Positions 19,815 to 29,552 of a DNA stretch of 64,000 bases are shown one piece after another; the stretch's first letter is position 1, and the number at the start of each line of letters is the position of its first letter. The position numbers and the translations under genes are program-made. Below the pieces are notes generated by a model. The model did not search any database, was not told where the DNA came from, and worked only from the letters and a program-made list of their open reading frames with translations. The DNA lies in IMG/VR virus record IMGVR_UViG_3300028045_000007, positions 90,409 to 154,408 of that record; one strand, written 5' to 3'. The DNA is from a virus.

Positions 19815-20535
19815 TCTATGGGGCAATGACCCCAAGTATACCCGTGGTGCCATTCGCAACGTGCAACTGGCGTCAGCCCTGTTCCCCGATTGGCGGTGTC
19901 GCTTCTACGTTGGTAAATCGACCGACTACTCGTTTACAGAGAATCTCCAGTCGCTAACTAAAGACTGGGTACGTTACGCACGTGTTGACGGTACATGGGA
20001 GCCCATGTGTGGTGGCAGCAGTACGCACGCCCCCAAGGTCGAGATCTATCACGTACCCGAAGAGGGCGATTGGCGTGGCATGTTTTGGCGTTTCGAGCCC
20101 GCAGCAGAGAACAATGTAGAGGCCATGATCAGCCGTGACTGTGACAGTAGGCTTTCACTCCGCGAGAGGGTCGCCGTAAACGAGTGGATGGAGTCTAGCA
20201 AGGGATTCCACATCATGCGAGACCACCCTTGGCACGGCACAGAGATTCTCGGCGGCATGTGGGGCGTTAAGCGTAATATGTTGCCCGATATGCGTGAACT
20301 GATGGCCGACTGGCATCAGGAGGATCGCTGGCAGACCGATCAAGACTTCTTGAAGGCCAAGATCTATCCCCGCGTGGTCAACGCCTCCATGATTCACGCC
20401 TCCTTTTGTGGTTTCGAGGCACACGCACAGGACTTTCCTATGGCAAGACTTGGCACGGAATTTATCGGCCAAGTGTTTGACGAAAACGAGACTACAATTA
20501 GAGAACATGTCGAGGCATTAGCAAAAGTACTATGA
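19795..20535 (+). CDS. Putative GT-A-like glycan-modifying protein
   Basis: ISFSLWG...Y..GA, MFWRF, SRDCDSR (DXD), HIMRDHPWH, ILGGMWG, DQDFL; located in the GT cluster. Confidence 0.6.
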   Translation: MKVISFSLWGNDPKYTRGAIRNVQLASALFPDWRCRFYVGKSTDYSFTENLQSLTKDWVRYARVDGTWEPMCGGSSTHAPKVEIYHVPEEGDWRGMFWRFEPAAENNVEAMISRDCDSRLSLRERVAVNEWMESSKGFHIMRDHPWHGTEILGGMWGVKRNMLPDMRELMADWHQEDRWQTDQDFLKAKIYPRVVNASMIHASFCGFEAHAQDFPMARLGTEFIGQVFDENETTIREHVEALAKVL

Positions 20536-21587
20536 AAGCACTGTCTTTCGACGACATCTCGCTCGTGCCGAGGTACAACAACATTACGTCACGTCGTGAC
20601 GTAGACACTAGCGTTCAGTTTGGTGATCTAAAACTGCGTATCCCTGTGTTTTCATCTAATATGGACACGGTCACCGATGCTCGCATGGCACGTAGGCTTC
20701 ATTCGTTAGGCGGACTTGGTTTTCTACATAGATTTTGCTCTATCGAAGACAATGCTGCGATGTATTATCAGGCTCGTATAGCTGAGCCGGGCAATTCTCA
20801 TAGTCCAGATGCCGTTGTGTCGTTAGGTGTCAACGAGGGGCTCGATCGTTTTCATGCTCTCTACGAGGTAGGTGCCCGCTATTTCTGTGTAGACATTGCT
20901 CATGGACACAGCCAGCCAGTGGGTAGACTAGTCGAACAGATCAAACAGTTCGACAGTAGTGTATTCGTAGTCGCTGGAAACGTGTGTGAGAACGCTGGAG
21001 CCAGCTACTTGGCCGACAAGGGTGCTGACGCAATCAAGGTAGGCATCGGCCCAGGAAGCGTTTGTACCACTAGACGTAAGTCTGGGTTTGGTATCCCACA
21101 ATTCACAGCCATTCGAGAGTGTCACCGTGTAAACTGTTTCGTGATCGCCGATGGCGGCATTCGTACGCCCGGTGACGTGGTGAAAGCCCTGTATGCCGGT
21201 GCCGATGCAGTCATGATTGGAGGTATGTTTGCCGGGTGTGACGAGACTCCGGGCGATTTCATCGAAGACACCATCTGGGAGTCAGCGTCACCCGCAGGGT
21301 TTCTGCACCGCAAGGTTAAGGTGTACCGTGGCATGGCCTCCAAGGAAGCCCAAGACGAATTCATGGGATCCATGCACGACTGGAAGACCTCCGAGGGTGT
21401 CGAAATCAAGGTTCTGGCCAAAGGACCCGTTAGTGACGTAGTCACTGACCTAATGGGTGGTGTTCGTAGTGGTATGACCTACTGTGGGGCCAATGAACTA
21501 AGTCAGATTCGCCAGAGAACATACCACGTTGAGGTTTCGGCGGCAGGAGCCGCCGAAGGTACGGCACACGGGAGGAATCAATCATGA
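20532..21587 (+). CDS. IMP dehydrogenase / GMP reductase family enzyme without CBS domains
   Basis: [43 protein letters not shown]; GuaB versus GuaC not resolved. Confidence 0.9.
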   Translation: MKALSFDDISLVPRYNNITSRRDVDTSVQFGDLKLRIPVFSSNMDTVTDARMARRLHSLGGLGFLHRFCSIEDNAAMYYQARIAEPGNSHSPDAVVSLGVNEGLDRFHALYEVGARYFCVDIAHGHSQPVGRLVEQIKQFDSSVFVVAGNVCENAGASYLADKGADAIKVGIGPGSVCTTRRKSGFGIPQFTAIRECHRVNCFVIADGGIRTPGDVVKALYAGADAVMIGGMFAGCDETPGDFIEDTIWESASPAGFLHRKVKVYRGMASKEAQDEFMGSMHDWKTSEGVEIKVLAKGPVSDVVTDLMGGVRSGMTYCGANELSQIRQRTYHVEVSAAGAAEGTAHGRNQS

Positions 21588-21769
21588 ACTACTTCTATGT
21601 CAGAAACACCAAGAACGCCGAGGTCATCAAGGGGTTTCACCGCGAAATGATGGTCTGGCAAAGCGAAGAAGAGGCTACGGCATTCATTGAACGTTTGCCT
21701 GTTGGCCAATCCTCGTGGGAGGTTGCCCGTTGTCCTATTGAAAATCGTCCAGAACAAGAAGACAAATGA
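21584..21769 (+). CDS. Hypothetical protein
   Basis: GGAGG RBS; ATGA coupling on both sides. Confidence 0.6.
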   Translation: MNYFYVRNTKNAEVIKGFHREMMVWQSEEEATAFIERLPVGQSSWEVARCPIENRPEQEDK

Positions 21770-22683
21770 AGATTCTAGTCTCATATCGTGGCATTCCGCA
21801 GTCACCAGGGTGGGCTGTCGGCGACATGGTTATTACGGCACTCCGTGACCTTGGTCACGAGGCCCACCCATACGCCAAGTACTATCAAAAGAACGATTGG
21901 GTCAAGACTCGTCCCATGCTGGACGATCATGACTGGGACCTGATTCTGTACGTCGAATGCAACGATGCAGATCAGCAGTATACGGAGCTAAGGATAACAC
22001 GTGCCCGTAAAACAGCTTGTTGGCTATTCGATACCAGCTATCACGAAGACCGTTACCAGTCTCTTGTGAACTACTTCGGCTTTGATCATCTTTTTCTAGC
22101 CAACCCACTCACTATCCAACAATACAAGGTATGGGGGTATAAGAATGTCCATTATCTACCTTATGCATCTGATAGCAAATTACACGTACGTTCGTTGGAA
22201 CATCCCAAAACTCATGACGTGGTGCTTGTTGGGTCTGTTAGAGACGATAGGCGTACTCTTATTGCTCAGCTCCGTGAGGGCGGCATAAACGCAGAGTTAA
22301 TTGGAGGCAAATTTCGCGAAGAGTACATTGATACCCTCGCAGCAGCGAGGGTAGTGGTCAATCAGAACCCCGAGATTGGTCGTGGCCTCCTAAACATGAG
22401 GTTTTTCGAGGCTCAATCTGCTGGTGCTATTCTATTGACAGAAGACAGTGATAGGCAACACAACCATTTAGTTTCCCTAGAAAAAGCTACCGAGGGCTCT
22501 ATTGGTTATGATTCCATGAATGATTTAATGTTCCTTGCTCGTGAAGCTTTGGAAGATAGTGAAGGACGGCAAAAACATTGTGAGTGGGCACAGACTAATA
22601 TACTCACTAACCACACCTATCATAATAGGTGTCAACAAATTTTAGAGACAGTGTTTTCAAATGAAAGAAACCGACAGTATTAG
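21766..22683 (+). CDS. CgeB-like glycosyltransferase
   Basis: YLPYA, DVVLVGS, LNMRFFEAQSAGAILLT, HTYHNR. Confidence 0.82.
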   Translation: MKILVSYRGIPQSPGWAVGDMVITALRDLGHEAHPYAKYYQKNDWVKTRPMLDDHDWDLILYVECNDADQQYTELRITRARKTACWLFDTSYHEDRYQSLVNYFGFDHLFLANPLTIQQYKVWGYKNVHYLPYASDSKLHVRSLEHPKTHDVVLVGSVRDDRRTLIAQLREGGINAELIGGKFREEYIDTLAAARVVVNQNPEIGRGLLNMRFFEAQSAGAILLTEDSDRQHNHLVSLEKATEGSIGYDSMNDLMFLAREALEDSEGRQKHCEWAQTNILTNHTYHNRCQQILETVFSNERNRQY

Positions 22684-23326
22684 TGTTTTACTCTGCGTAC
22701 ATAGCCAAGATCATGAACATGATATGCTTTTGCAGCGTGCCCTTGAGTCATTAGTGGCACAAACGTATACAGATTTCGAGACGGTCATCGTGATGGACGA
22801 GTGCTGGGACGGCACCCGCCACATCGTTGATAGCTATGGTGAGGTGTTAGACTTACGGGTCCATGAACGCCCCCGCAAGGAGGGCTTGGCAGCAGCTAAG
22901 AACTTTGGCCTTAACCATTGCGACCACGAATGGATTGCCTATCTAGACGCCGACGATCAGTGGCTTGATTGCAAGCTCGAAGTGCAGCGGAAGTGGCTAT
23001 TGGAGCGACCAGAGGTGGACTTTTGCGGGACAAACGCCTGGGACCTACTTGATGGTGCGATGGTACCCAATTGCTTTGAAGTCACGCAATACAGCACGCA
23101 TAACGATATTGTTGAGAGACTACCTTACGAGAATATCCTTTGTCATGGCAGCATGATGATTCGTCGTTCCGCTCTTCATGCTTTGGGTGGCTATAGTCGT
23201 GACAAAGTGTTGCTTGGTCGTGAAGATTGGAATCTATGGCAACGAGCCGTGGCTGCCGGATATAACTTCGGCAAAATCGCGGAGAGGCTTTACATTTACT
23301 CATTAGGAACTAGCGTACCCCGTTGA
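22661..23326 (+). CDS. GT-A (GT2) glycosyltransferase
   Basis: ALESLVAQTYTDFE, GLAAAKNFG, IAYLDADD, EDWNLW. Confidence 0.9.
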   Translation: MKETDSISVLLCVHSQDHEHDMLLQRALESLVAQTYTDFETVIVMDECWDGTRHIVDSYGEVLDLRVHERPRKEGLAAAKNFGLNHCDHEWIAYLDADDQWLDCKLEVQRKWLLERPEVDFCGTNAWDLLDGAMVPNCFEVTQYSTHNDIVERLPYENILCHGSMMIRRSALHALGGYSRDKVLLGREDWNLWQRAVAAGYNFGKIAERLYIYSLGTSVPR

Positions 23327-23328
23327 CA

Positions 23329-23982
23329 ATGAATACTAAAGGACATAATCCATTTAAAGATACGCCCGACAATCATGATTTCATGACCGAGGAGCACGTC
23401 TCTGTTTTTCTTCGGAACCACAAGACAGGAGTTGATAATCTGGGACGACACATGCTGGTAGACATAGTTGCACGGTATGATAATCCCAGGGTGTTGGACA
23501 TGGCATGTGGCACGTGTGTCAACTGGGATGTATTCAAACAACGCGGACTCAAGTGTCAATATGTTGGTTTAGATCGTACGACCAGTATGATTCTCGAAGC
23601 AGATAAACGCTATGGCACTGAGATCACCCTTCATGAAGGATATGTACAGCGTACAGGGCTACCTGATGACTTCGCCGACATAGCTATTATGCGACACATA
23701 CTTGAGCATTTACAGGAGGGGTATGAGGATGCGATTAGAGAGGGGTTGCGTGTTGCCTCCAAGGAACTCGTTGTTGTTTTCTTCTTGACTCCTTCAAATA
23801 AGGATGAGGATGAAGTTAGTGAGTCCGAGCCAGATGAGAATGGCTGCACTTACTTCTGGAATACGTATAGTTGGTCCAAGTTTGCCGAGTTCGTTGCCAC
23901 TTTGGGCGTACAGATGAAAGTTGGGCACGTTGTAACCCCTGGTGCCGCTCATGCTGACACGATTGTTCGACTAATCAAATGA
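23329..23982 (+). CDS. Class I SAM-dependent methyltransferase
   Basis: VLDMACGT, YVGLD, RHILEH. Confidence 0.85.
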   Translation: MNTKGHNPFKDTPDNHDFMTEEHVSVFLRNHKTGVDNLGRHMLVDIVARYDNPRVLDMACGTCVNWDVFKQRGLKCQYVGLDRTTSMILEADKRYGTEITLHEGYVQRTGLPDDFADIAIMRHILEHLQEGYEDAIREGLRVASKELVVVFFLTPSNKDEDEVSESEPDENGCTYFWNTYSWSKFAEFVATLGVQMKVGHVVTPGAAHADTIVRLIK

Positions 23983-24821
23983 TCCCCGACGTTACGTACT
24001 TCATTCTCGACTACAATCCACGCTGTCAAGATCAGGCGAGTGGATATCTTGATGCGTGTATTCGTTCGCTGTATGCCAACCGCAACAGCAGCATCACGAG
24101 CGAAGTGTACGTGATTGATCAAGGTAATGGTTTTACCGACTACAAGAATGCACTAGCCAACAAGTGTGCTGGCTATGGCTTTCACTTCGTTGGCCTGGAC
24201 CACAACAAGGGCATTTCCGGCGGCATCAATCTGGCGGCTCGCCTAAGTCGCAGTCCGCACCTATGTCTAGTGACCTCAGATACGACATTCACGCCCGAGC
24301 TTGATACAGTGCTTTTGGGAGAGCTAGAAGCACACGATGACATCTATCAAATAACGCCTTCTGTAGATAAAGGAGACATTCCGTATCAGGTGCAAGGATT
24401 CACAGATAGCAAGGATCCTATCCGTTGTGCTGTTCAAGAGCTTACTATTCAGTGCTGGAAAAGAGAAGTGTTTGACGTTATTGGCTACTGGGATGAGCGA
24501 TGGCTTGCTTGTTACGAGTCGGCAGACTATCCCCTGCGGTTATTTCTGACGGGGCGTTGCTCTGCGGCTATCACGCACAAGATTTCCTGCCATCACGAGC
24601 ACAATACTACCTATCACAATGGTTCCCTGGCGGACGCCTACGGTGGGCAGTTTGATCATGGGCCTCTACGTCATATGTGGGACGAGAAGTGGCCCGGCCT
24701 AGACTGGGACATGCTGTACGATCTGACTCAGTACAACGAAACCACGAGAGCCCGTCTTGCCGCCCAGTACTACCAAAACATCGCATTATCATGGAACGCT
24801 CAGCAATCATCAGGCACCTGA
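23979..24821 (+). CDS. GT-A (GT2) glycosyltransferase
   Basis: VYVIDQG, NKGISGGIN, IGYWDE...YESADY. Confidence 0.8.
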   Translation: MIPDVTYFILDYNPRCQDQASGYLDACIRSLYANRNSSITSEVYVIDQGNGFTDYKNALANKCAGYGFHFVGLDHNKGISGGINLAARLSRSPHLCLVTSDTTFTPELDTVLLGELEAHDDIYQITPSVDKGDIPYQVQGFTDSKDPIRCAVQELTIQCWKREVFDVIGYWDERWLACYESADYPLRLFLTGRCSAAITHKISCHHEHNTTYHNGSLADAYGGQFDHGPLRHMWDEKWPGLDWDMLYDLTQYNETTRARLAAQYYQNIALSWNAQQSSGT

Positions 24822-25369
24822 TCCGTGCATACGGCTTTCAGTCCTATCTCGAAATTGGCGTACGTGGTCGCGAGACCCTGAGTCAGATTGATCTGTCCGT
24901 TGTGGACGGTGTCGATCCGAACGGCCAGGGCAACTATACCATGACCTCCGACGAGTTTTTCGAGTCCCATTGCAAGCGTAGTTATGATATAATCTTTGTC
25001 GATGGACTACATTTGCATGAGCAGGCCAAAAAAGACATAGAAAATGCCCTGACGCATTTGAGCGACAACGGTATAATTGTAGTACATGACTGTCTTCCGG
25101 AAGAGGAGTGGCATCAGCTACGGGAAGGCATATCTGGGCGTCCCTGGAACGGAGACGTTTGGAAGGCTTTCGCGGATCTGCGATCCGAGAGGGCCGATCT
25201 TAGTATGTATGTTGTGGACACCGATTGGGGTTGCGGCATCATTAGACGTGGTTCTCAGTACCTCTACCCTCGTCCTGATGAGTGGACTTGGGGGTATTTC
25301 AAGCAGCATAGAGACAATATCATGAACGTAGTAACAGTAGAGGAGTTCCTTGGATATTCACAACCGTAA
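24791..25369 (+). CDS. SAM-dependent methyltransferase (Methyltransf_24-like)
   Basis: SYLEIGV, TSDEFF, DIIFVDGLH, GIIVVHD, WNGDVWK. Confidence 0.85.
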   Translation: MERSAIIRHLIRAYGFQSYLEIGVRGRETLSQIDLSVVDGVDPNGQGNYTMTSDEFFESHCKRSYDIIFVDGLHLHEQAKKDIENALTHLSDNGIIVVHDCLPEEEWHQLREGISGRPWNGDVWKAFADLRSERADLSMYVVDTDWGCGIIRRGSQYLYPRPDEWTWGYFKQHRDNIMNVVTVEEFLGYSQP

Positions 25370-25865
25370 ATGGATCGAGGCGGTAGCCCCGCAGTACTCG
25401 CCTTTCAATCCCGATCAGAAGGTGCTGGAAATTGGCAGTTGGATTGCCCCAGGACAGGAAGAGATCGTGTGTCGCAAGACTATTGCTCCGCTCGTTGGAG
25501 AATACGTCGGATTGGACATGCAGGACGGCAATGGCGTTGATGTTGTATCGGACGCCAAGCTCATGCCGTTCTCTGATGAGCACTTTCATGTAATCATCAG
25601 TACCGATTGCTACGAACATGTAGATTGGCCTCGTGAAGTGACGCACGAGGCTTATCGTGTTTTGAAGCAAGGTGGCGTGTTCTACCTGACGACCGTGTTT
25701 GACTTTGAGATTCATGGTTATCCGGATGACTTCTGGAGGTTCACGCCACACTGCATTAGGCTTCTTCTTGAGGACGCTGGATTTGAAGCGGTAGAGGTGA
25801 CGGGGTGCGGCGGACCACATGCAAAGCGTCCGTGTATCGTCAGAGGAATAGGTATCAAGCGATGA
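25350..25865 (+). CDS. Class I SAM-dependent methyltransferase
   Basis: VLEIGS, YVGLD, EHV, RVLKQGG, HGYPDDFWRFT; TTG start after AGGAG. Confidence 0.85.
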   Translation: MDIHNRKWIEAVAPQYSPFNPDQKVLEIGSWIAPGQEEIVCRKTIAPLVGEYVGLDMQDGNGVDVVSDAKLMPFSDEHFHVIISTDCYEHVDWPREVTHEAYRVLKQGGVFYLTTVFDFEIHGYPDDFWRFTPHCIRLLLEDAGFEAVEVTGCGGPHAKRPCIVRGIGIKR

Positions 25866-26395
25866 AGCTGAATCTGGCCAGCCACGGAGACAATCGCGAG
25901 GGGTATGTGAACGTTGACTTCGATCACCCCGCCGCCGACCTGAAGGCAGACGTTACCGATTTGTTTACGATAGAAGATGAGTCAGTCGATGAGATCCTTG
26001 CCTTTCACATCCTAGAGCACTTCCGTGCTGGACATTACGAGCCGCACCTGTCCAATCCCCTCAATCCGAGAACAGTGATAGAGGCCCTGGCCGAGTGGAA
26101 GCGTGTCCTCAAGCCGGGCGGCAGACTGGAGATCAAGGTGCCTGACTTTGAGAAGGTCATTTGGCTTTTCCAGAACTTTCCCACGTGGTCTAGGAAGCCA
26201 GGTGGTAACGATCCATTCCCCGCATACTCTGACTGGCTTGTGTCCAATGGACAGCATCAGTGTATTTTCGACAGGCCAACCATGCTAAGCGTGCTACGGG
26301 CGGTCGGCTTTCGAGACATCAACTTTGTTGACTCGTCGCCCGAGGCAGTTGTCAATCGTGAAAACATAGAAATGTATGTAGTGTGTAGTAGATGA
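25862..26395 (+). CDS. SAM-dependent methyltransferase (Methyltransf_11-like)
   Basis: KLNL, GYVNVD, HILEHF, EWKRVLKPGG..IKVPD. Confidence 0.83.
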   Translation: MKLNLASHGDNREGYVNVDFDHPAADLKADVTDLFTIEDESVDEILAFHILEHFRAGHYEPHLSNPLNPRTVIEALAEWKRVLKPGGRLEIKVPDFEKVIWLFQNFPTWSRKPGGNDPFPAYSDWLVSNGQHQCIFDRPTMLSVLRAVGFRDINFVDSSPEAVVNRENIEMYVVCSR

Positions 26396-26444
26396 TCTTG
26401 AAATTGATCATATCGATCCCATGATAAAGGAAAACAATAGCGTA

Positions 26445-27416
26445 ATGAAAGTACTAATCACAGGAGCCCACGGCTTCGTAGGACATCACGTCGTCCGGGA
26501 GCTTGAAAAAGAGCATGAGCTTTTGACGCCTTCGCGTCGAGAGTTGAATTTACTGTACACGACAGATCCATGCGGAGATCCACTAAGGGAAACTGAAGAG
26601 TACTTGAGGCGTAAGTCTGTAGATGCCATTGTGCATCTTGCGGCAACCTGCGGCGGCATTGGTATCAACAAAGACAACCCCGGCAAGTTCATGTATGACA
26701 ACCTACAGATGGGGATCAACGTGCTGGAGGCAGCACGCCTCGCGAACGTCTCAAAGGTTGTGGTACTCGGAACTGTTTGTGCCTATCCTAAGTTTACACC
26801 TATTCCTTTTCGAGAAAAAGACATTTGGAATGGCTATCCAGAAGAGACAAATGCCCCCTATGGCATAGCAAAGAAGACAGTCATGGAGATGGGTATTGCG
26901 TATTCGCGTCAGTATGGCATGAACATCACCAACCTCGTTCCTGTGAATATGGCGGGCGAGTGGGACAACTTTGACGAGTACAGCAGTCACGTGATCCCAG
27001 CACTGATCAAGAAGTTTGAGAACCCACACGGTACGGCCATACCCACCGTAGAACATGGTTACTACTGTGATCCCACGGTGGTGTTGTGGGGTACTGGTTC
27101 TGCTTCACGCGAATTCCTATATGCTGGTGATTGTGCAAGAGCTATCGCGGTAGCTCTCGTGAAAAACACTGGTCCAGAACCAATCAACCTTGGTACCGGC
27201 AACGAAGTTACTATCAAGGATCTTGCGGAATTGGTAAAGCGGGTTGGTAAGTATGACGCCAATATCGTATGGGATCCTACGAAGCCAGATGGGCAGCCCA
27301 GACGTAGCCTAGACATTACAAGGGCACAGAATGTACTGAGGTGGAACGCTACCACTTCACTCTTTGAAACGGTACGTAGAACAATTGAGTGGTATAGAAC
27401 AAATGGATCAGTATAG
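26445..27416 (+). CDS. fcl: GDP-L-fucose synthase
   Basis: TGAHGFVG, HLAATCGGI, CAYPK, YGIAK, SHVIPALI, WGTGSASREF, KPDGQPRR; alternative start 26421. Confidence 0.93.
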   Translation: MKVLITGAHGFVGHHVVRELEKEHELLTPSRRELNLLYTTDPCGDPLRETEEYLRRKSVDAIVHLAATCGGIGINKDNPGKFMYDNLQMGINVLEAARLANVSKVVVLGTVCAYPKFTPIPFREKDIWNGYPEETNAPYGIAKKTVMEMGIAYSRQYGMNITNLVPVNMAGEWDNFDEYSSHVIPALIKKFENPHGTAIPTVEHGYYCDPTVVLWGTGSASREFLYAGDCARAIAVALVKNTGPEPINLGTGNEVTIKDLAELVKRVGKYDANIVWDPTKPDGQPRRSLDITRAQNVLRWNATTSLFETVRRTIEWYRTNGSV

Positions 27417-27888
27417 TACACATACAGAGCTTCTAAAGTTTTTGATGGACAACCTTGCCATCGAAACAGTTTTGGAGTTAGGCATGGGACACTTCAGCAC
27501 CCCGTTGTTTCGGAGCTATCCAGGCGTTAGTTTAGTTAGCCTGGACTCTGACATCAATTGGGTCAATCAATTCAGTCCCGGTCCTAATCACACCGTTGGT
27601 GCCTACCCACTACTGGGGTTTGCTCGCAACGTGACTTGGTTTGATTTAGCTTTTGTTGATGGTAATCCAGCCAGCGAACGTGCCGCCTGTGTACAAGAGC
27701 TTTTGCTCAAAACTAGACTGGTTGTAGCACATGACACGGGTCCAGAAGACAATTGGAATTATCACTATGACGAGATCGTATTACCAGAAGGCTTTGTGCG
27801 TTTAGACTATACGAAAAAGTCACCGTGGACATCTGTTTTCACTGCTGACGCAGAAGTTATTGCTAAGGTACAAGAGTTCAATGGGTAG
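27403..27888 (+). CDS. Putative SAM-dependent methyltransferase
   Basis: VLELGMGHFST, FDLAFVDG, VVAHDT. Confidence 0.72.
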   Translation: MDQYSTHTELLKFLMDNLAIETVLELGMGHFSTPLFRSYPGVSLVSLDSDINWVNQFSPGPNHTVGAYPLLGFARNVTWFDLAFVDGNPASERAACVQELLLKTRLVVAHDTGPEDNWNYHYDEIVLPEGFVRLDYTKKSPWTSVFTADAEVIAKVQEFNG

Positions 27889-28519
27889 AAAAATCTTCCT
27901 AGATGTCGGGTGTAATACTGGTCAGTCTCTTGAGGCTGCACTAGACCATGACTTTGATGTCGTCTATTGTTTTGAGCCGGTGATGGAGTATTGTCAGTCG
28001 TTACAGTCTGGCGTCTTGTCTTCTGATGTCGGTTCTGGCATTGCAGAAAGACCTTACGACCAAACCAGGGTGGTCATTTGTCCCTTTGGACTTTGGGTCA
28101 ATACCGAGCGTATTTCTGTACATAGTCCTCACACAATGGCAGCGTCAGTGTTTGACGACCACCAGGACAGCGAGGGCGGCACCACAGAGTGTCAGTTTGT
28201 CAAGGCTTCCGAGTGGTTACGACATCACATCACCGACGACGATTTTGTTGTCATGAAAATGAATTGTGAGGGTAGCGAGTGTACCATTCTGGACCATCTA
28301 ATGGACAGTGATACTATACACTTGATCGATCACATTATGGTTGATTTTGATGCAATGAAGATTCCGTCCCAACGCCATAGACCGCAGCGTACTATTTGGA
28401 ACCTGAACAATCATGGTGTTGATTACGTGTTCGCCGAGGACGTTATGTGCGGGGCTACCCACCACGATCGTATTTGCTATTGGCTAAAAGAAAAGGTTGA
28501 GGAGATCAATGAACGATAA
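27881..28519 (+). CDS. FkbM-family methyltransferase
   Basis: FLDVGCNTG, YCFEP, MKMNCEGSE. Confidence 0.82.
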   Translation: MGRKIFLDVGCNTGQSLEAALDHDFDVVYCFEPVMEYCQSLQSGVLSSDVGSGIAERPYDQTRVVICPFGLWVNTERISVHSPHTMAASVFDDHQDSEGGTTECQFVKASEWLRHHITDDDFVVMKMNCEGSECTILDHLMDSDTIHLIDHIMVDFDAMKIPSQRHRPQRTIWNLNNHGVDYVFAEDVMCGATHHDRICYWLKEKVEEINER

Positions 28520-29543
28520 AACAGCAATTGTTACTGGTATTACAGGACAGGACGGATTCTATCTCGCCCACTATCTACTCTCGTTGGGCTATCGTGTCAT
28601 TGGCGTAGTGCGTCGTACGTCCATGCCCACAGACTGTCGTTTACGTACGTTGCGTGGCAGCCCCAATCTACATCTGGTACAGGGAGACGTTACTGACATT
28701 TCCAGTTTACAAAAGGCCGTGCGTGACTTTGCTCCCGATGAGTTCTATCACCTAGGGGCACAGAGTCACGTGGCTATGTCTTGGGAGTATCCCTTGGCCA
28801 CCGCAGACATCACGGGTATTGGCGTACTCAACTGTCTAGAGGCTATTCATACAGAGAAGCCAGACTGTAGATTCTATTTTGCTGGCAGCAGCGAGCAATT
28901 CGGCAATTCGATCGGTAAGCCTATCGAGGGAGAGATTCAGAACTACCTCAATGAAGATTCGCCGATGCATCCCGAGTCTCCTTACGCCGTGAGTAAGGTT
29001 TTCGGATACAATATGACTAGAGTTTATCGTAGGTCGTTCGACATGTTCGCGTCCTGCGGTATTCTGTTTAACCATGAGTCACCGGTTCGAGGTGAAGAAT
29101 TTGTGACTCGCAAAATTACGAGCCAACTGGCTCGTGTGAAGTGGGGATTACAAGAGTACGTTGAGCTTGGCAATATGGACGCCTGCCGTGACTGGGGATT
29201 CGCTGGAGACTATGTGCGTGGTATGCACGCCATACTACAGCACGATGAACCAGATGACTTCGTTCTAGCGACTGGCGAAACCAATTCCGTCAAGACGTTT
29301 TTCCAGAGATGCTGCCAGTGGTTTGATTTAGATCCGGATGAGGTCTATAAGGTCAATCCAAAGTTCATGCGTCCCAAGGACATCAACGTACTATTGGGCG
29401 ATAGCTTGAAAGCACGCAGCACGTTGGGTTGGGAGCCCACTTGTGCGTTCGATCAACTAGTAGACAAGATGTGTCAGTACGACTATCATCTACAGTCGCC
29501 AGATCCAGCTTATACCCGTCAAGCAGACGAGTTTCTATTTTAG
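28509..29543 (+). CDS. gmd: GDP-mannose 4,6-dehydratase
   Basis: TGITGQDG, AQSHV, SPYAVSK, GILFNHESP, FVTRKIT, RDWG. Confidence 0.96.
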   Translation: MNDKTAIVTGITGQDGFYLAHYLLSLGYRVIGVVRRTSMPTDCRLRTLRGSPNLHLVQGDVTDISSLQKAVRDFAPDEFYHLGAQSHVAMSWEYPLATADITGIGVLNCLEAIHTEKPDCRFYFAGSSEQFGNSIGKPIEGEIQNYLNEDSPMHPESPYAVSKVFGYNMTRVYRRSFDMFASCGILFNHESPVRGEEFVTRKITSQLARVKWGLQEYVELGNMDACRDWGFAGDYVRGMHAILQHDEPDDFVLATGETNSVKTFFQRCCQWFDLDPDEVYKVNPKFMRPKDINVLLGDSLKARSTLGWEPTCAFDQLVDKMCQYDYHLQSPDPAYTRQADEFLF

Positions 29544-29552
29544 GAGGATGAT

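Noticed and set aside
9415-29543. Bacterial O-antigen or capsule locus (host chromosome)
   Set aside because: No flippase, polymerase, exporter or initiating transferase; phage-type small ORFs are interspersed and the cluster is coupled to phage genes
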